Assembly: GCA_963710685.1 (NCBI GenBank)
Contig: CAVQBH010000010.1
Coordinates: 15,204-79,203, forward strand
Origin: an uncultured Methanomassiliicoccales archaeon
GTDB taxonomy: Archaea > Thermoplasmatota > Thermoplasmata > Methanomassiliicoccales > UBA472
Direction: 5' to 3'
DNA: 64,000 nucleotides
This document shows, in pieces, positions 45,014 through 54,006 of the stretch. The notes beneath the pieces were generated by a model. That model saw only the letters and a program-made list of their open reading frames with translations. It was not told where the DNA came from and did not search any database. Within the stretch, counting starts at the first letter, position 1. Every line of letters starts with the position of its first letter. Both the position numbers and the translations under genes were made by a program.

Positions 45014-46969
45014 TCAGACCGGGTCCCCGATTGCCCTGGCGCACACTTTGATCCAGTTCGAGCTGTGCTTGAGCATGACGGAATCCTTGCCCTCGCAGCT
45101 TTCGAAGGCCTCGACCATCACCTTCACGTCTTTTGCCCCCGCCATCGCCGCCCGATCCATCACGTAGGCGGAAGCCATCTGCTTGGCCCTTACCACCGCC
45201 TCCTCCTGATTGTCGAACTTCTCCGGATCGGTCAGGGACGAGAACACCCAATAGTGGCTTCCCCGGGGATACACCTGGAGCGTGATCGATTCGGAAACCT
45301 TGCTGCACACCGCGCCCACTGCATTTCCCACATCGGCATGGGGCGGTATGACCACCTTGACGTCCAAACGCTTCTCCAGTTCCGGGACGAATATGTGCGC
45401 TGGCGCCCCAATGCCTACGATCGGCCGGTCGAGCGCGGCGTGGATCGACATGGTGCGGAACCCGGCCGCCCCCAGACTGGCGCGTATCATGTAATCGAGA
45501 GAACGGGAGTTGGTGAGCTCGCCGGCTTCGTCGTAGATCAATTTCTTGATGATCTCGGCCCCGACCCTAGTCACCATCTCCTCCATGAAGGTCTCCACGA
45601 ACTGCTCGGAGGTCACTCCCAGCCGGTTCGCGAAGATCTCGATGCCTTCCCTCGAGGCGGCCACGTCCCCAGATACGTAGACGCCTTTGGCGTGCATAAT
45701 GTCGGTCGGCGTCAATCCGGTCTGGGAGATGAAACCCTTGGCCTTCAGCGATCTGATGTTCTCGACCACGTAGGTGCGGTCGTTGAGCGCATCGTGCAGT
45801 TCGTACAGGGTGCACAGGCCGAACGTCTTGATGTGTTCGTACACCAACGCATCCTCCTGACTAAGGCCGGCCGGATCCCTTTCATACCAGGTGTAGAATG
45901 TGGTCATCCTGGTGGTTTTTATCTTTTCCAGCACGTACGGATTGCGTTTCGAGGCGACAGCCAGGGGCGTCACCCGGTCCGGTCCTATCTCGATGCGCCC
46001 GTGACCGTCCATCTGCACGTCCGAATCCCCTCCCAGTCCGCTGGTCCAAATGTCGATGGCCCGCACCCGGGTCCTCCAGTTCCCGACCGTCGCCCCTTCC
46101 TTGGTTATGCGGGGGAAACCCTGGTCCAGGTAGGCGATGTCGGTGGAGGTGCCTCCAATGTCCAGCACGATGCAGTTGTCCAACCCCGATAACAGACGGC
46201 CGCCCATCAGGCTGGCGGCTGGGCCCGACAGTATGGTCTCGACCGGTCGTTCCCTGGCCACGGCGATGTTCATCATCGATCCGTCCCCTTTGAAGACCAT
46301 TATCTGGCCCGATATGTTCCTCTTCCGAAGTGAATCCTCGACACCGGTCAGGAACTCGCCGATTATGGGGATGAGCTTTGCGTTCAGGACCGCAGTGACG
46401 GTCCTCTCATTCACCCCCAGCTCCGAGGTCAGATCGTGGCCGGCGACCACCAGACGGTCTGACCTTTCCAGTATCATTTTCCGAGCGATCTCCTCGTGCT
46501 CGGGATTGTGGACACTGAAGATGCTGGAGACCACGATGGCGTCCACCTTTCCCAGCATCGAGCTGATGGCGTGTTCCATCTGGAACATGTTCAAGGGTGC
46601 GCGTTCCCGTCCGTTCACGGCATGCCCCCCTACCACGGCATGCACCATTTCGGCGCCCAGGTCGCATCTGGGGTTCGGGACCCATCCTATGCAGATCAAT
46701 CCGACCGACCCGCCTTTCCCGGTCAGGATGGAATTGGTGGCCAGGGTGGTGGAAAGTCCTACCAGTTTGATCTCATCGACGGAGAAGGTGCCGGACGATA
46801 GGACACCGTCCACCGCGCCCAGCATGCCGATTGAGAGGTCCGAGTAGGTGGTCGGCGATTTTGCGGTGGCCAGGACCTGCATTGAATCCATGTCTACGAT
46901 GGCCGCGTCGGTGAACGTTCCGCCGGTGTCGATCCCCAGGCCGAGGGTCCTGTGACTTGTGGCTGACAT
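45014..46969 (-). CDS. Hydantoinase/oxoprolinase (HyuA-like, actin-fold ATPase) family protein
   Basis: LGIDTGGTFTDAAIVD and VLDIGGTSTDIAYLD phosphate-binding motifs, plus overall length. ATG 46969 (MSATSHRTLGLGID) is preferred over GTG 47002. Confidence 0.85.
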   Translation of the reverse strand: MSATSHRTLGLGIDTGGTFTDAAIVDMDSMQVLATAKSPTTYSDLSIGMLGAVDGVLSSGTFSVDEIKLVGLSTTLATNSILTGKGGSVGLICIGWVPNPRCDLGAEMVHAVVGGHAVNGRERAPLNMFQMEHAISSMLGKVDAIVVSSIFSVHNPEHEEIARKMILERSDRLVVAGHDLTSELGVNERTVTAVLNAKLIPIIGEFLTGVEDSLRKRNISGQIMVFKGDGSMMNIAVARERPVETILSGPAASLMGGRLLSGLDNCIVLDIGGTSTDIAYLDQGFPRITKEGATVGNWRTRVRAIDIWTSGLGGDSDVQMDGHGRIEIGPDRVTPLAVASKRNPYVLEKIKTTRMTTFYTWYERDPAGLSQEDALVYEHIKTFGLCTLYELHDALNDRTYVVENIRSLKAKGFISQTGLTPTDIMHAKGVYVSGDVAASREGIEIFANRLGVTSEQFVETFMEEMVTRVGAEIIKKLIYDEAGELTNSRSLDYMIRASLGAAGFRTMSIHAALDRPIVGIGAPAHIFVPELEKRLDVKVVIPPHADVGNAVGAVCSKVSESITLQVYPRGSHYWVFSSLTDPEKFDNQEEAVVRAKQMASAYVMDRAAMAGAKDVKVMVEAFESCEGKDSVMLKHSSNWIKVCARAIGDPV

Positions 46970-47061
46970 CAATCTAACTCCAGTTGATGACCCACTGCAC
47001 ACAGGGATTCAATATACTTTCCAAAAGTCGTACGCGCATAGCCGGGGTTGTGCCGGAGGGG

Positions 47062-48261
47062 TCACTTGGCAAGGCGGAATCGCAGGTCGAAGATCGACCC
47101 GTTCGGCGTGTTGTCCCGGACCGAGACCGATCCGCCGTATCGCCTCATCACCTTCTGAACGATGTAAAGCCCGATGCCAGTTCCCCCGCTCTCGCCGTGG
47201 CTGAAGCCCTGCTCGAAGATCTTGGACTTCAGCTCATCCGGTATCCCTTTTCCCTGGTCAGCGATGCTCACCAGGCATTGGTCCCTGTCCTTGGCGATGG
47301 ACATCTCGATATGGTCCGCCCTGCCGTGCACGATGGCATTGCGCACCAGATTCTCCAGCACCGACGGTAAGGCTTCGTCCGCCAACACCTGACAGGCATC
47401 CCCCTCGATCCGATGGGGCAGATCGAAATTCTTCATGATCTGTTCCGTCGCCTGCCTGACATCATACTGCTTGAGCATATCCCCGGAGGCCGTAGTCCAT
47501 TCCAGTCCCTTCAGCTCCTCGATCAGTTTCTGACATCTTGCCAGTGATTTCTCCGCCATCAGAAGTGTGCGTTCCTCGCCCTTCATCCGATACAGCTCCA
47601 ATGCGCTCCTGGTGGTGTTCAGCCCGTTCTGGATGTCATGACGCATGGTCTTGTTAATCAGACGCATCATGTCGTTGAGGTCCATCAGGTTCTGTTCCAT
47701 CCGGAGCCTCTCGGTCATGTCCCGGAAGATGATGACCAGGCCAAAACGGCCGCCGAATTGGTCCACGATCGGAGAGATGCTCTGTTCGACCGGCCTGGCG
47801 ACCCCGTCCTTTCCCGAGAGAAAGCAATTCTGGGGAAGGGAGGTGACATTGCCGCTCTGCAATGATCCCCAGAAAGTGCTCTCTGTTCTCTGGCCATCCT
47901 TATCCAGAAGGAATGAGACTACTTCTCCCACCGGGCGCCCTTCCGCCTCGTCGATTTGCCATCCGGTAAGCTCCTGGGCCATGTGGTTCATGCGTGTGAT
48001 GCGCAGGAGATGGTCGGTGACCACCACTGCCTCACGGATGCTGGATATGGTGATCCGCTCCTTCTCCCTCTCCAACGTCAGTTCCTTGTTCCTTTTGGCC
48101 AGGTCCCGGCTCGTGTTGACGATCTCGTTGTTCAGCCTGGTCATCTCGTCCAGGACATTCTCGTCCTGGGGGATCGGCCAGCGGGCCTCGAGCAGCCTGT
48201 GCTTCAGATAATGGAGGTGGGGCGCCCATTCGTGATCCTTGTTGATCTCGCCGTCCTCCAT
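47062..48261 (-). CDS. PAS-domain sensor histidine kinase (archaeal H-box type)
   Basis: PAS (ISSIREAVVVTDHLLRITRMNHMAQELTGW), H-box MRHDIQNGLN, HATPase LVRNAIVHG ... GTGIGLYIVQKVMRRYGGSVSV. The frame remains open and protein-like for 25 codons upstream of the ATG. Confidence 0.85.
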   Translation of the reverse strand: MEDGEINKDHEWAPHLHYLKHRLLEARWPIPQDENVLDEMTRLNNEIVNTSRDLAKRNKELTLEREKERITISSIREAVVVTDHLLRITRMNHMAQELTGWQIDEAEGRPVGEVVSFLLDKDGQRTESTFWGSLQSGNVTSLPQNCFLSGKDGVARPVEQSISPIVDQFGGRFGLVIIFRDMTERLRMEQNLMDLNDMMRLINKTMRHDIQNGLNTTRSALELYRMKGEERTLLMAEKSLARCQKLIEELKGLEWTTASGDMLKQYDVRQATEQIMKNFDLPHRIEGDACQVLADEALPSVLENLVRNAIVHGRADHIEMSIAKDRDQCLVSIADQGKGIPDELKSKIFEQGFSHGESGGTGIGLYIVQKVMRRYGGSVSVRDNTPNGSIFDLRFRLAK

Positions 48262-48286
48262 GATGGCAATGAGATCATCGAAGGTC

Positions 48287-48580
48287 TTACCGGCGACCAG
48301 GATAGATACGATCTGCCGACTCTGCCCCGCAGAAAATCATGACCGTCGGTCCATGATTCAGATCGACGACCAGTTCGACGCCGGTGGTGACTCCCCCTCT
48401 CCGGAGGTTGAACATGAAATCGTCGAATCCCGCCCGGGATCCGGTTCCGATGATTTCCCCGAATTTGGTGCCCATCAGTCCTTTCACATCGGTCAGACTG
48501 CCGGCCGTGTATGTTACCAGACCGATCACGTTCATCCGTTCGTCGCACCGGGCCATGAACGAAGCCGGGCCCTGACCCAT
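48287..48580 (-). CDS. Hypothetical ~100-aa domain protein, possibly the frameshifted N-terminus of the downstream kinase
   Basis: MGQGPASFMARCDERMNVIGLVTYTAGSLTDVKGLMGTKFGEIIGTGSRAGFDDFMFNLRRGGVTTGVELVVDLNHGPTVMIFCGAE. Family not recognised. Probable start is ATG 48580, 7 nt after the upstream stop. Confidence 0.45.
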   Translation of the reverse strand: MGQGPASFMARCDERMNVIGLVTYTAGSLTDVKGLMGTKFGEIIGTGSRAGFDDFMFNLRRGGVTTGVELVVDLNHGPTVMIFCGAESADRIYPGRR

Positions 48581-48587
48581 CGGCCGA

Positions 48588-49622
48588 TCACTTGATGTAT
48601 CCATTGGCGATCACCACCGCTTCGGCGGCGTCCCTTGCATAGAGGTCGGCCCCGACCGACCTCCATAGATCGTCCACGGTGTTGAACGGATATCCTTCCA
48701 CCACGATCTTGATGTCATTGAGCGTGGGATCATTCCGGACCTGTTCCACCATCGATCGCACCTTGGTGACGTTGAAGCCCATGGTGGCGGAAATGAACAG
48801 CCCGGCAGCCTTGCCTTGTTTCAGCGCGGATATCACCGCGTCCGTGGGGGTGTTCGAGCCGAGATAGCGGACGTCCCATCCATCCATTTCCAGGAAGTCC
48901 GACACCATCCGTGCTCCCGTCTCATGGAGCTCGTTGTTGACGCAGGTGACGATGAGAACCCCCTTGACAGATCTCTTGGCGATGATGTTGAGATACATCT
49001 GTGACATCAGCTGCTGGGTGACCCCCGAGGCAAAGTGCTCCTGGGCGACGGAGATGATCCTGTGCTGCCAAAGGCGGCCTATCTCGTGCTGCACCGGTTG
49101 GAAGACATCGAGGTAGAGTTCCTTCAGTTCCATGCCGTTCTCCAGAGCTGTCTTTACGATGGCGTTGGCTTCCTGACGGTCATAGGCCAGCACCTTATCC
49201 AGATACTGGGCGGCCAGCCTTCCCGTTTTCAGACCGGTGTCGATGAAGGTAGGAACGCCCTCGGACATCGCATCGAACTCATCCAGGGCTGCCTGCATTA
49301 TATTGTCTGTCTTTTTCTGGAATTGACCTTCGAGCTCTTTCTGACATTCTTTCCTGATGTGCTCAAGATTCTCCCGGAAAATACTAGGCGGGATGTTTAT
49401 GTGGCTGAGGAGCACTTTTGCCCATGCCACATAGTTGATGAACAATTGTGGTGAATCGATGAGTACCGCGTCGAATAGAAAGTTGAGATGATATTTCGTG
49501 TCCCGTATGCAATGGTCACTTTTGCCCCGGTAGGCCGTGAAGACCTCGGGGCGCTCCCTCCCGTGCTCTTCGATCGCCTGAAGCGCCAGGCGGTCGATCG
49601 TTTCGTAAGGGTCGTTAATCAA
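48588..49622 (-). CDS. Cobalamin-binding protein with CarH-type light-sensing-module signature and unassigned helical N-terminal domain
   Basis: Four-helix-bundle motif LWQHRIISVAQEH (Wx9EH, nt 49035..49070). Rossmann B12 domain VLIVTCVNNELHETGARMVSDFLEMDGWDVRYLG (ExHxxG; His codon at 48924..48926). There is no DNA-binding domain; the first ~150 aa are helical and unassigned. Confidence 0.8.
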   Translation of the reverse strand: MINDPYETIDRLALQAIEEHGRERPEVFTAYRGKSDHCIRDTKYHLNFLFDAVLIDSPQLFINYVAWAKVLLSHINIPPSIFRENLEHIRKECQKELEGQFQKKTDNIMQAALDEFDAMSEGVPTFIDTGLKTGRLAAQYLDKVLAYDRQEANAIVKTALENGMELKELYLDVFQPVQHEIGRLWQHRIISVAQEHFASGVTQQLMSQMYLNIIAKRSVKGVLIVTCVNNELHETGARMVSDFLEMDGWDVRYLGSNTPTDAVISALKQGKAAGLFISATMGFNVTKVRSMVEQVRNDPTLNDIKIVVEGYPFNTVDDLWRSVGADLYARDAAEAVVIANGYIK

Positions 49623-49668
49623 AATTCCTGGTAAATTGTTACCTTGTGTGAGTATTTAACATTTTGAA

Positions 49669-49782
49669 TTTCAAGCTCTTCGATCTCAGTCGACGGACCA
49701 AATAACACGATTTTGTCACCGATCAGGTTTCAAGCTCTCGATCTCAGTCAACGGACCAAATAATACGATTTTGTCACCGATC
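49669..49782. repeat. Tandem direct repeat, 2 copies of ~56 bp, in the divergent promoter region
   Basis: Copy 1 is 49669..49724: tttcaagctcttcgatctcagtcgacggaccaaataacacgattttgtcaccgatc. Copy 2 is 49728..49782. They differ by one 1-nt indel and two substitutions, with a 3-nt spacer. Confidence 0.9.
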
Positions 49783-49833
49783 TTCGGTGCAATGCTGCCA
49801 GTCGACACCATTGTCCGGAAATGGCAAGATTGC

Positions 49834-49843
49834 CTATTTAAAG
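49834..49843 (+). promoter_or_regulatory. TATA-like box for the hybrid kinase gene
   Basis: ctatttaaag lies 31-40 nt upstream of ATG 49874. Confidence 0.35.
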
Positions 49844-49873
49844 GGACAAACCTGTCGTTGACACGGACCTGCC

Positions 49874-52792
49874 ATGAGATTGAGGACCAAGACTGTAATC
49901 ACATTGATCCCGCTGACCCTGTTGTTCGTGTTCCTTACGAATTCCCTGGGCGCGAGCATCATAGTCGGTCAGGCCTTGGACGAGGACAATTCCAGGTCCC
50001 AGGCGGCAGCCGCCGAGATCGATGTCGGGCTCCAGGACAAGATTTCGCAGATAGACAGGCTGTGCTCAGATTGGGGGGTCTGGGACGATGCTTGGTACTA
50101 TGTGCAATACCACAACACGACCTTCTCCGACCAGATCCTTGCTCCCGATTCGTTGTTGACGTACGATCTGGACGCCCTCCTCTTCCTGAACGTCACCGGG
50201 GAACTGGTGGGTGGCATCGCCCTGGACAAGGTCAACGGTACGGTGACCGCCATGCCCACGGACCTTTTGGCCATCATCCACAACGATACCTCCTTAAAAC
50301 TGCGAAGCAACATCACCGATCACCGGGAAGGGCTGTTGTCCCTGGAGAACGGCAGCGCCATGTTCTCATCGAGACCGGTCGTCAGGACCGACCTTTCAGG
50401 CGGGGTGATGGGAACGATCATCATGATCAGTTATGTGGACCAGGCCACCGCCTCCTCGATCTCCAGGCTCAATGGGGCATCGCTCTCGGTCGGTTCTGAT
50501 ATCAGTGACCCGCAGATGCTTAGGAATCTGGGGTCGGACAAATTGGTGACCAGTTATCAGAACGACTCCACCATGGCCTCATCCTGGCTGGTCCAGGATA
50601 TTTACGGCAAGCCTTCGCTGTCGCTGACCTTGGAGGTAAAACGGTCGGCCTACCTGAGTGTCAAGGATGCCACACTGTACATGACCGAAGCGGTGCTGGC
50701 CGCCGGAGTGGTCAACTTCATACTCATGGTCGTTTTCGTGGAACGGGGCATACTTTCGAGGCTGCACAAGATCATGGACGACATAAACAAGATCGGCACC
50801 GGTGAACGGAAGGAGCGCCGCGTCCGCCTGATGGGGGACGACGAGCTCAGGGACCTGGGGATACAGGTCAACACCATGCTGGAATCGCTTGACCGTTCGG
50901 ACAATGAGATAATCCTCAGGGAAAAGAAGTACCGGACCATCGTGGAAGCATCATCGAACGCCATCTTCATCGCCGGCAAGCAGGACCGCCGGCTGATCGA
51001 CGTCAACCCCGCGTTCCTTCGGATGACCGGCAATACCGTGGAAATGCTCGGCTCAATGAGCCTAGCCGACGTGCTGGTAGTCCCGGAGCACTGGTATGAA
51101 CAGGGGACCTCATGGCCCGGGTCGGCAGTGCTCGAAGGCTACGGGCAGCTCATTCACTCCGACTCCACCACATCGGAAGTGGAGGTGAGCAGATCCAACC
51201 TCCTCCTGGACGGGATGGATGTCGAATGCTATATCGCCAAGGACGTCACCGAGCGCAGAAAGGCGGAGCGGGAAAAAGAGACCATCCTGGAGCAGCTGAA
51301 GAGGGCCAACGAGAAGCTGGAGATCACGTTAAGGTCGATCGCTGACGGAGTGATCACCATCGACAGGCAGGGTATCATCATCCTCGGGAACCGGGCCGCC
51401 GAGGAGATGATTGGGCAGAAGATGGACACGATAACCGGCCGCAGCATCAAGGAGGTGCTGGACCTCCCGGACAAGCAATGGGACACCATCTCCTCGATCG
51501 CTTCCGGCGGCCCCCTAAGGAATGAGGCCAGGAACCCCAACGGATCGAACTGGCTCATGGAATACAGTTTCACCACCCTTCTGGGCAACCAGAACGAGGC
51601 GGTGGGAAAGGTGTTCGTGTTCCGGGACATATCGGAAAAGATAAGGGCCGAGATAGCCGAGGCGAACGCCGACCGGCTGGAATCGATCGGAACGCTGGCC
51701 GGCGGGATCGCCCATGACTTCAACAACCTCATGACCTCAGTGATGGGGGAGATGTTCCTCCTGCGTTCCGAGATCGACCAAAGTGAGAGCTCGATGAAGC
51801 GTTCCATTGGCCGACTCGACGACATGGAGACCGCCATGGACCGGGCCAAGTTCGTCGCACAGGAGCTGCTCTCCCTTTCCAAGGGCGGTTCCCCGATCCA
51901 GAAGCCCACCATGCTCAAGGTGATGTTGGAGGACACCGCAAGGCTCGCCTTCACCGGATCTAATTTGAACTGGACCCTGGAATGCCCTGACGACCTGTGG
52001 ACGGTGAACATCGATTCGGGTCAGATGAACAGGGCGTTCCTGAACATCCTGTTCAACGCCCAGGAAGCGAGTCCGGCGGCGAGCAAGGTGAGGATCATCG
52101 CAAGCAATTTCGAGGGAGTCCCGCCCGGACTTGCCAAGGGCCGGTATGTGGTTCTTGTGTTCATCGACCAGAGGGCGGGCATCCCACCGGAGGTGTTGCC
52201 CAGGATATTCGATCCCTATTTCACCACGAAGGAGACCGGTTCCGGTCTCGGAATGACCGTCACCTACAGCACGGTCAAACGTCATGGCGGTGTGATAGAC
52301 GTCACATCTGACGTCGGCAAGGGCACCAAGGTCACGATCTTCCTCCCGGCCGTGCAGTCCAACGTGGAACCTCGGCCGGCACAGCCCAAGGCTGTGACCG
52401 GTTCCGGGCGCATCCTGATCATGGACGACGAGGAGTTCATCCTCGAGGTGACCGGCGAGGTGCTGCGCGAGCTGGGATACGAAGTGGAAGTATCCACCGA
52501 TGGACTCGAGGCGCTGAAAGTGTACGAGGAGGCCATCGCCGCAGGCAAGAGGTTCGATGCGGTCATCATGGACCTCACGATCCCGGGGGGAATGGGCGGA
52601 AAGGAGGCGATCTCCCGCCTGCTGGAGATCGACCGGAACGCCAAGGCCATCGTCTCATCGGGGTATTCGAACGATCCGGTCATGGCCAACTTCCGCGACC
52701 ACGGATTCGTCGTAGTGGTTCCCAAGCCCTACAAGATCGAGGAGCTCTCGCACACGCTGAAGGAGGTCCTGACCAAGAAAACCGATGATTGA
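49874..52792 (+). CDS. Hybrid sensor histidine kinase: TM, extracytoplasmic sensor (CHASE4-like, tentative), HAMP, PAS x2, HisKA, HATPase, receiver
   Basis: N-terminal TM VITLIPLTLLFVFLTN and second TM AVLAAGVVNFILMVVFV. PAS segments present. H-box GTLAGGIAHDFNNLMT. HATPase GSGLGMTVTYSTVKRHGG. Receiver RILIMDDEEFI ... AVIMDLTIPGGMGG ... VVPKPYKIEEL. Confidence 0.9.
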   Translation: MRLRTKTVITLIPLTLLFVFLTNSLGASIIVGQALDEDNSRSQAAAAEIDVGLQDKISQIDRLCSDWGVWDDAWYYVQYHNTTFSDQILAPDSLLTYDLDALLFLNVTGELVGGIALDKVNGTVTAMPTDLLAIIHNDTSLKLRSNITDHREGLLSLENGSAMFSSRPVVRTDLSGGVMGTIIMISYVDQATASSISRLNGASLSVGSDISDPQMLRNLGSDKLVTSYQNDSTMASSWLVQDIYGKPSLSLTLEVKRSAYLSVKDATLYMTEAVLAAGVVNFILMVVFVERGILSRLHKIMDDINKIGTGERKERRVRLMGDDELRDLGIQVNTMLESLDRSDNEIILREKKYRTIVEASSNAIFIAGKQDRRLIDVNPAFLRMTGNTVEMLGSMSLADVLVVPEHWYEQGTSWPGSAVLEGYGQLIHSDSTTSEVEVSRSNLLLDGMDVECYIAKDVTERRKAEREKETILEQLKRANEKLEITLRSIADGVITIDRQGIIILGNRAAEEMIGQKMDTITGRSIKEVLDLPDKQWDTISSIASGGPLRNEARNPNGSNWLMEYSFTTLLGNQNEAVGKVFVFRDISEKIRAEIAEANADRLESIGTLAGGIAHDFNNLMTSVMGEMFLLRSEIDQSESSMKRSIGRLDDMETAMDRAKFVAQELLSLSKGGSPIQKPTMLKVMLEDTARLAFTGSNLNWTLECPDDLWTVNIDSGQMNRAFLNILFNAQEASPAASKVRIIASNFEGVPPGLAKGRYVVLVFIDQRAGIPPEVLPRIFDPYFTTKETGSGLGMTVTYSTVKRHGGVIDVTSDVGKGTKVTIFLPAVQSNVEPRPAQPKAVTGSGRILIMDDEEFILEVTGEVLRELGYEVEVSTDGLEALKVYEEAIAAGKRFDAVIMDLTIPGGMGGKEAISRLLEIDRNAKAIVSSGYSNDPVMANFRDHGFVVVVPKPYKIEELSHTLKEVLTKKTDD

Positions 52793-53172
52793 ACGGTTGC
52801 CCGGACGATTTTACGCGGGTCATGCCGCATCCGATGGACCGAGCCACCGCTAGCAACATCATCGGAGAAGTTTCGGGACAAAATATCAAATAGCTGAAGC
52901 ATACTTTTAACGAATTGCACAGCCAGTCACCCGGTATGAGTCCCCCAAGACCTTTCCGATTTTGGTGACTGACTGTGTCACCGAACTCTATCGGTTATCG
53001 ACAATGTAAATCTGCACATTTAGAAGTTCCGGATGGAAGGTCAATCCAGGGAATTGTTGATGAAAGTCCAATTTTTTTGAGATTTTGATGGATCGACCGT
53101 GGACATCTCTTATTATCGCGGCATCGAATTAACGTTTGTTAGCGTTTCATGTGCATTCGGTAATGATTTCGT

Positions 53173-53838
53173 TTGGAAGAGAATCAGATGCGGCTGATCG
53201 GTCAAGGGCAGTATTCAAATGTAATGGCGGCATACCCCGAGGCAAAGCGAGTTGAAGCGGTCTTGAGCGATCACACCACTGCAAATCCAGCCCCCTTAGG
53301 GCTGATGGGATTCGGAATGACGACCATACTACTGGGCCTGGCCGATGCTGGCTATTTTGCACCCGGGGCTGCGATATTCACCATGGGGCTGCTCTTCGGC
53401 GGGGTTGCGCAGATCATCGCGGGCCTGATGGAATACAAGAAAGGGAACACATTCGGGATGACCGTGTTCTGCAGCTTCGGGTTCTTCTGGATCGTGGTCA
53501 TAAGCACCATCCTGTTCCCAAGGTTGGGTCTGGCCGACCCCGAGACCTCTCAAACGCTCGCATGGCTCTATTTCCTGTGGGGAGTGTTTGCGTTGTATCT
53601 CACGATCGGGACATGGCGCACCAACCGGCTGATGCATATCACGTTCGCCAGTCTGACAATCGTGCTATTCCTGCTGTCGGCCTCCGAGGCTTTCAAGAAC
53701 GCTGACGTCAAGACCTTGGCCGGTTACCTAGCCATCTTGGCAGGTGCCGGTTCGGTTTATATGGCCGCCTCGCACATCCTCTTGGAATCGCTCGGAAGGA
53801 ACGTCCTTCCGTTGTTCCCGGTGAAAAGCCGGGACTGA
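53173..53838 (+). CDS. GPR1/FUN34/YaaH-family acetate/succinate channel (SatP/AceP-like)
   Basis: NPAPLGLMGFGMTT signature, FCSFGFFW, six TM helices. The start could be the internal ATG at 53224. Confidence 0.85.
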   Translation: MEENQMRLIGQGQYSNVMAAYPEAKRVEAVLSDHTTANPAPLGLMGFGMTTILLGLADAGYFAPGAAIFTMGLLFGGVAQIIAGLMEYKKGNTFGMTVFCSFGFFWIVVISTILFPRLGLADPETSQTLAWLYFLWGVFALYLTIGTWRTNRLMHITFASLTIVLFLLSASEAFKNADVKTLAGYLAILAGAGSVYMAASHILLESLGRNVLPLFPVKSRD

Positions 53839-54006
53839 ACGGAAACACCTTTTTCCTTCCATCCGGTCGTACGGGAATATCCGCGCCGGATGGAAGATAA
53901 TTTTCTCGATTTCAAACAGTATCCTCAAGGCACATCATTACGATCATTCGTAATAGAATTATATTACCTCATAATACTTTAATATTAACAGTCTCTTGAT
54001 TCGCCT

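Noticed and set aside
49669-49782. Tandem repeat considered as a CRISPR array or minisatellite.
   Set aside because: There are only two adjacent copies with a 3-nt spacer, no unique spacers and no cas genes in the window. It is reported as a regulatory-region duplication instead.
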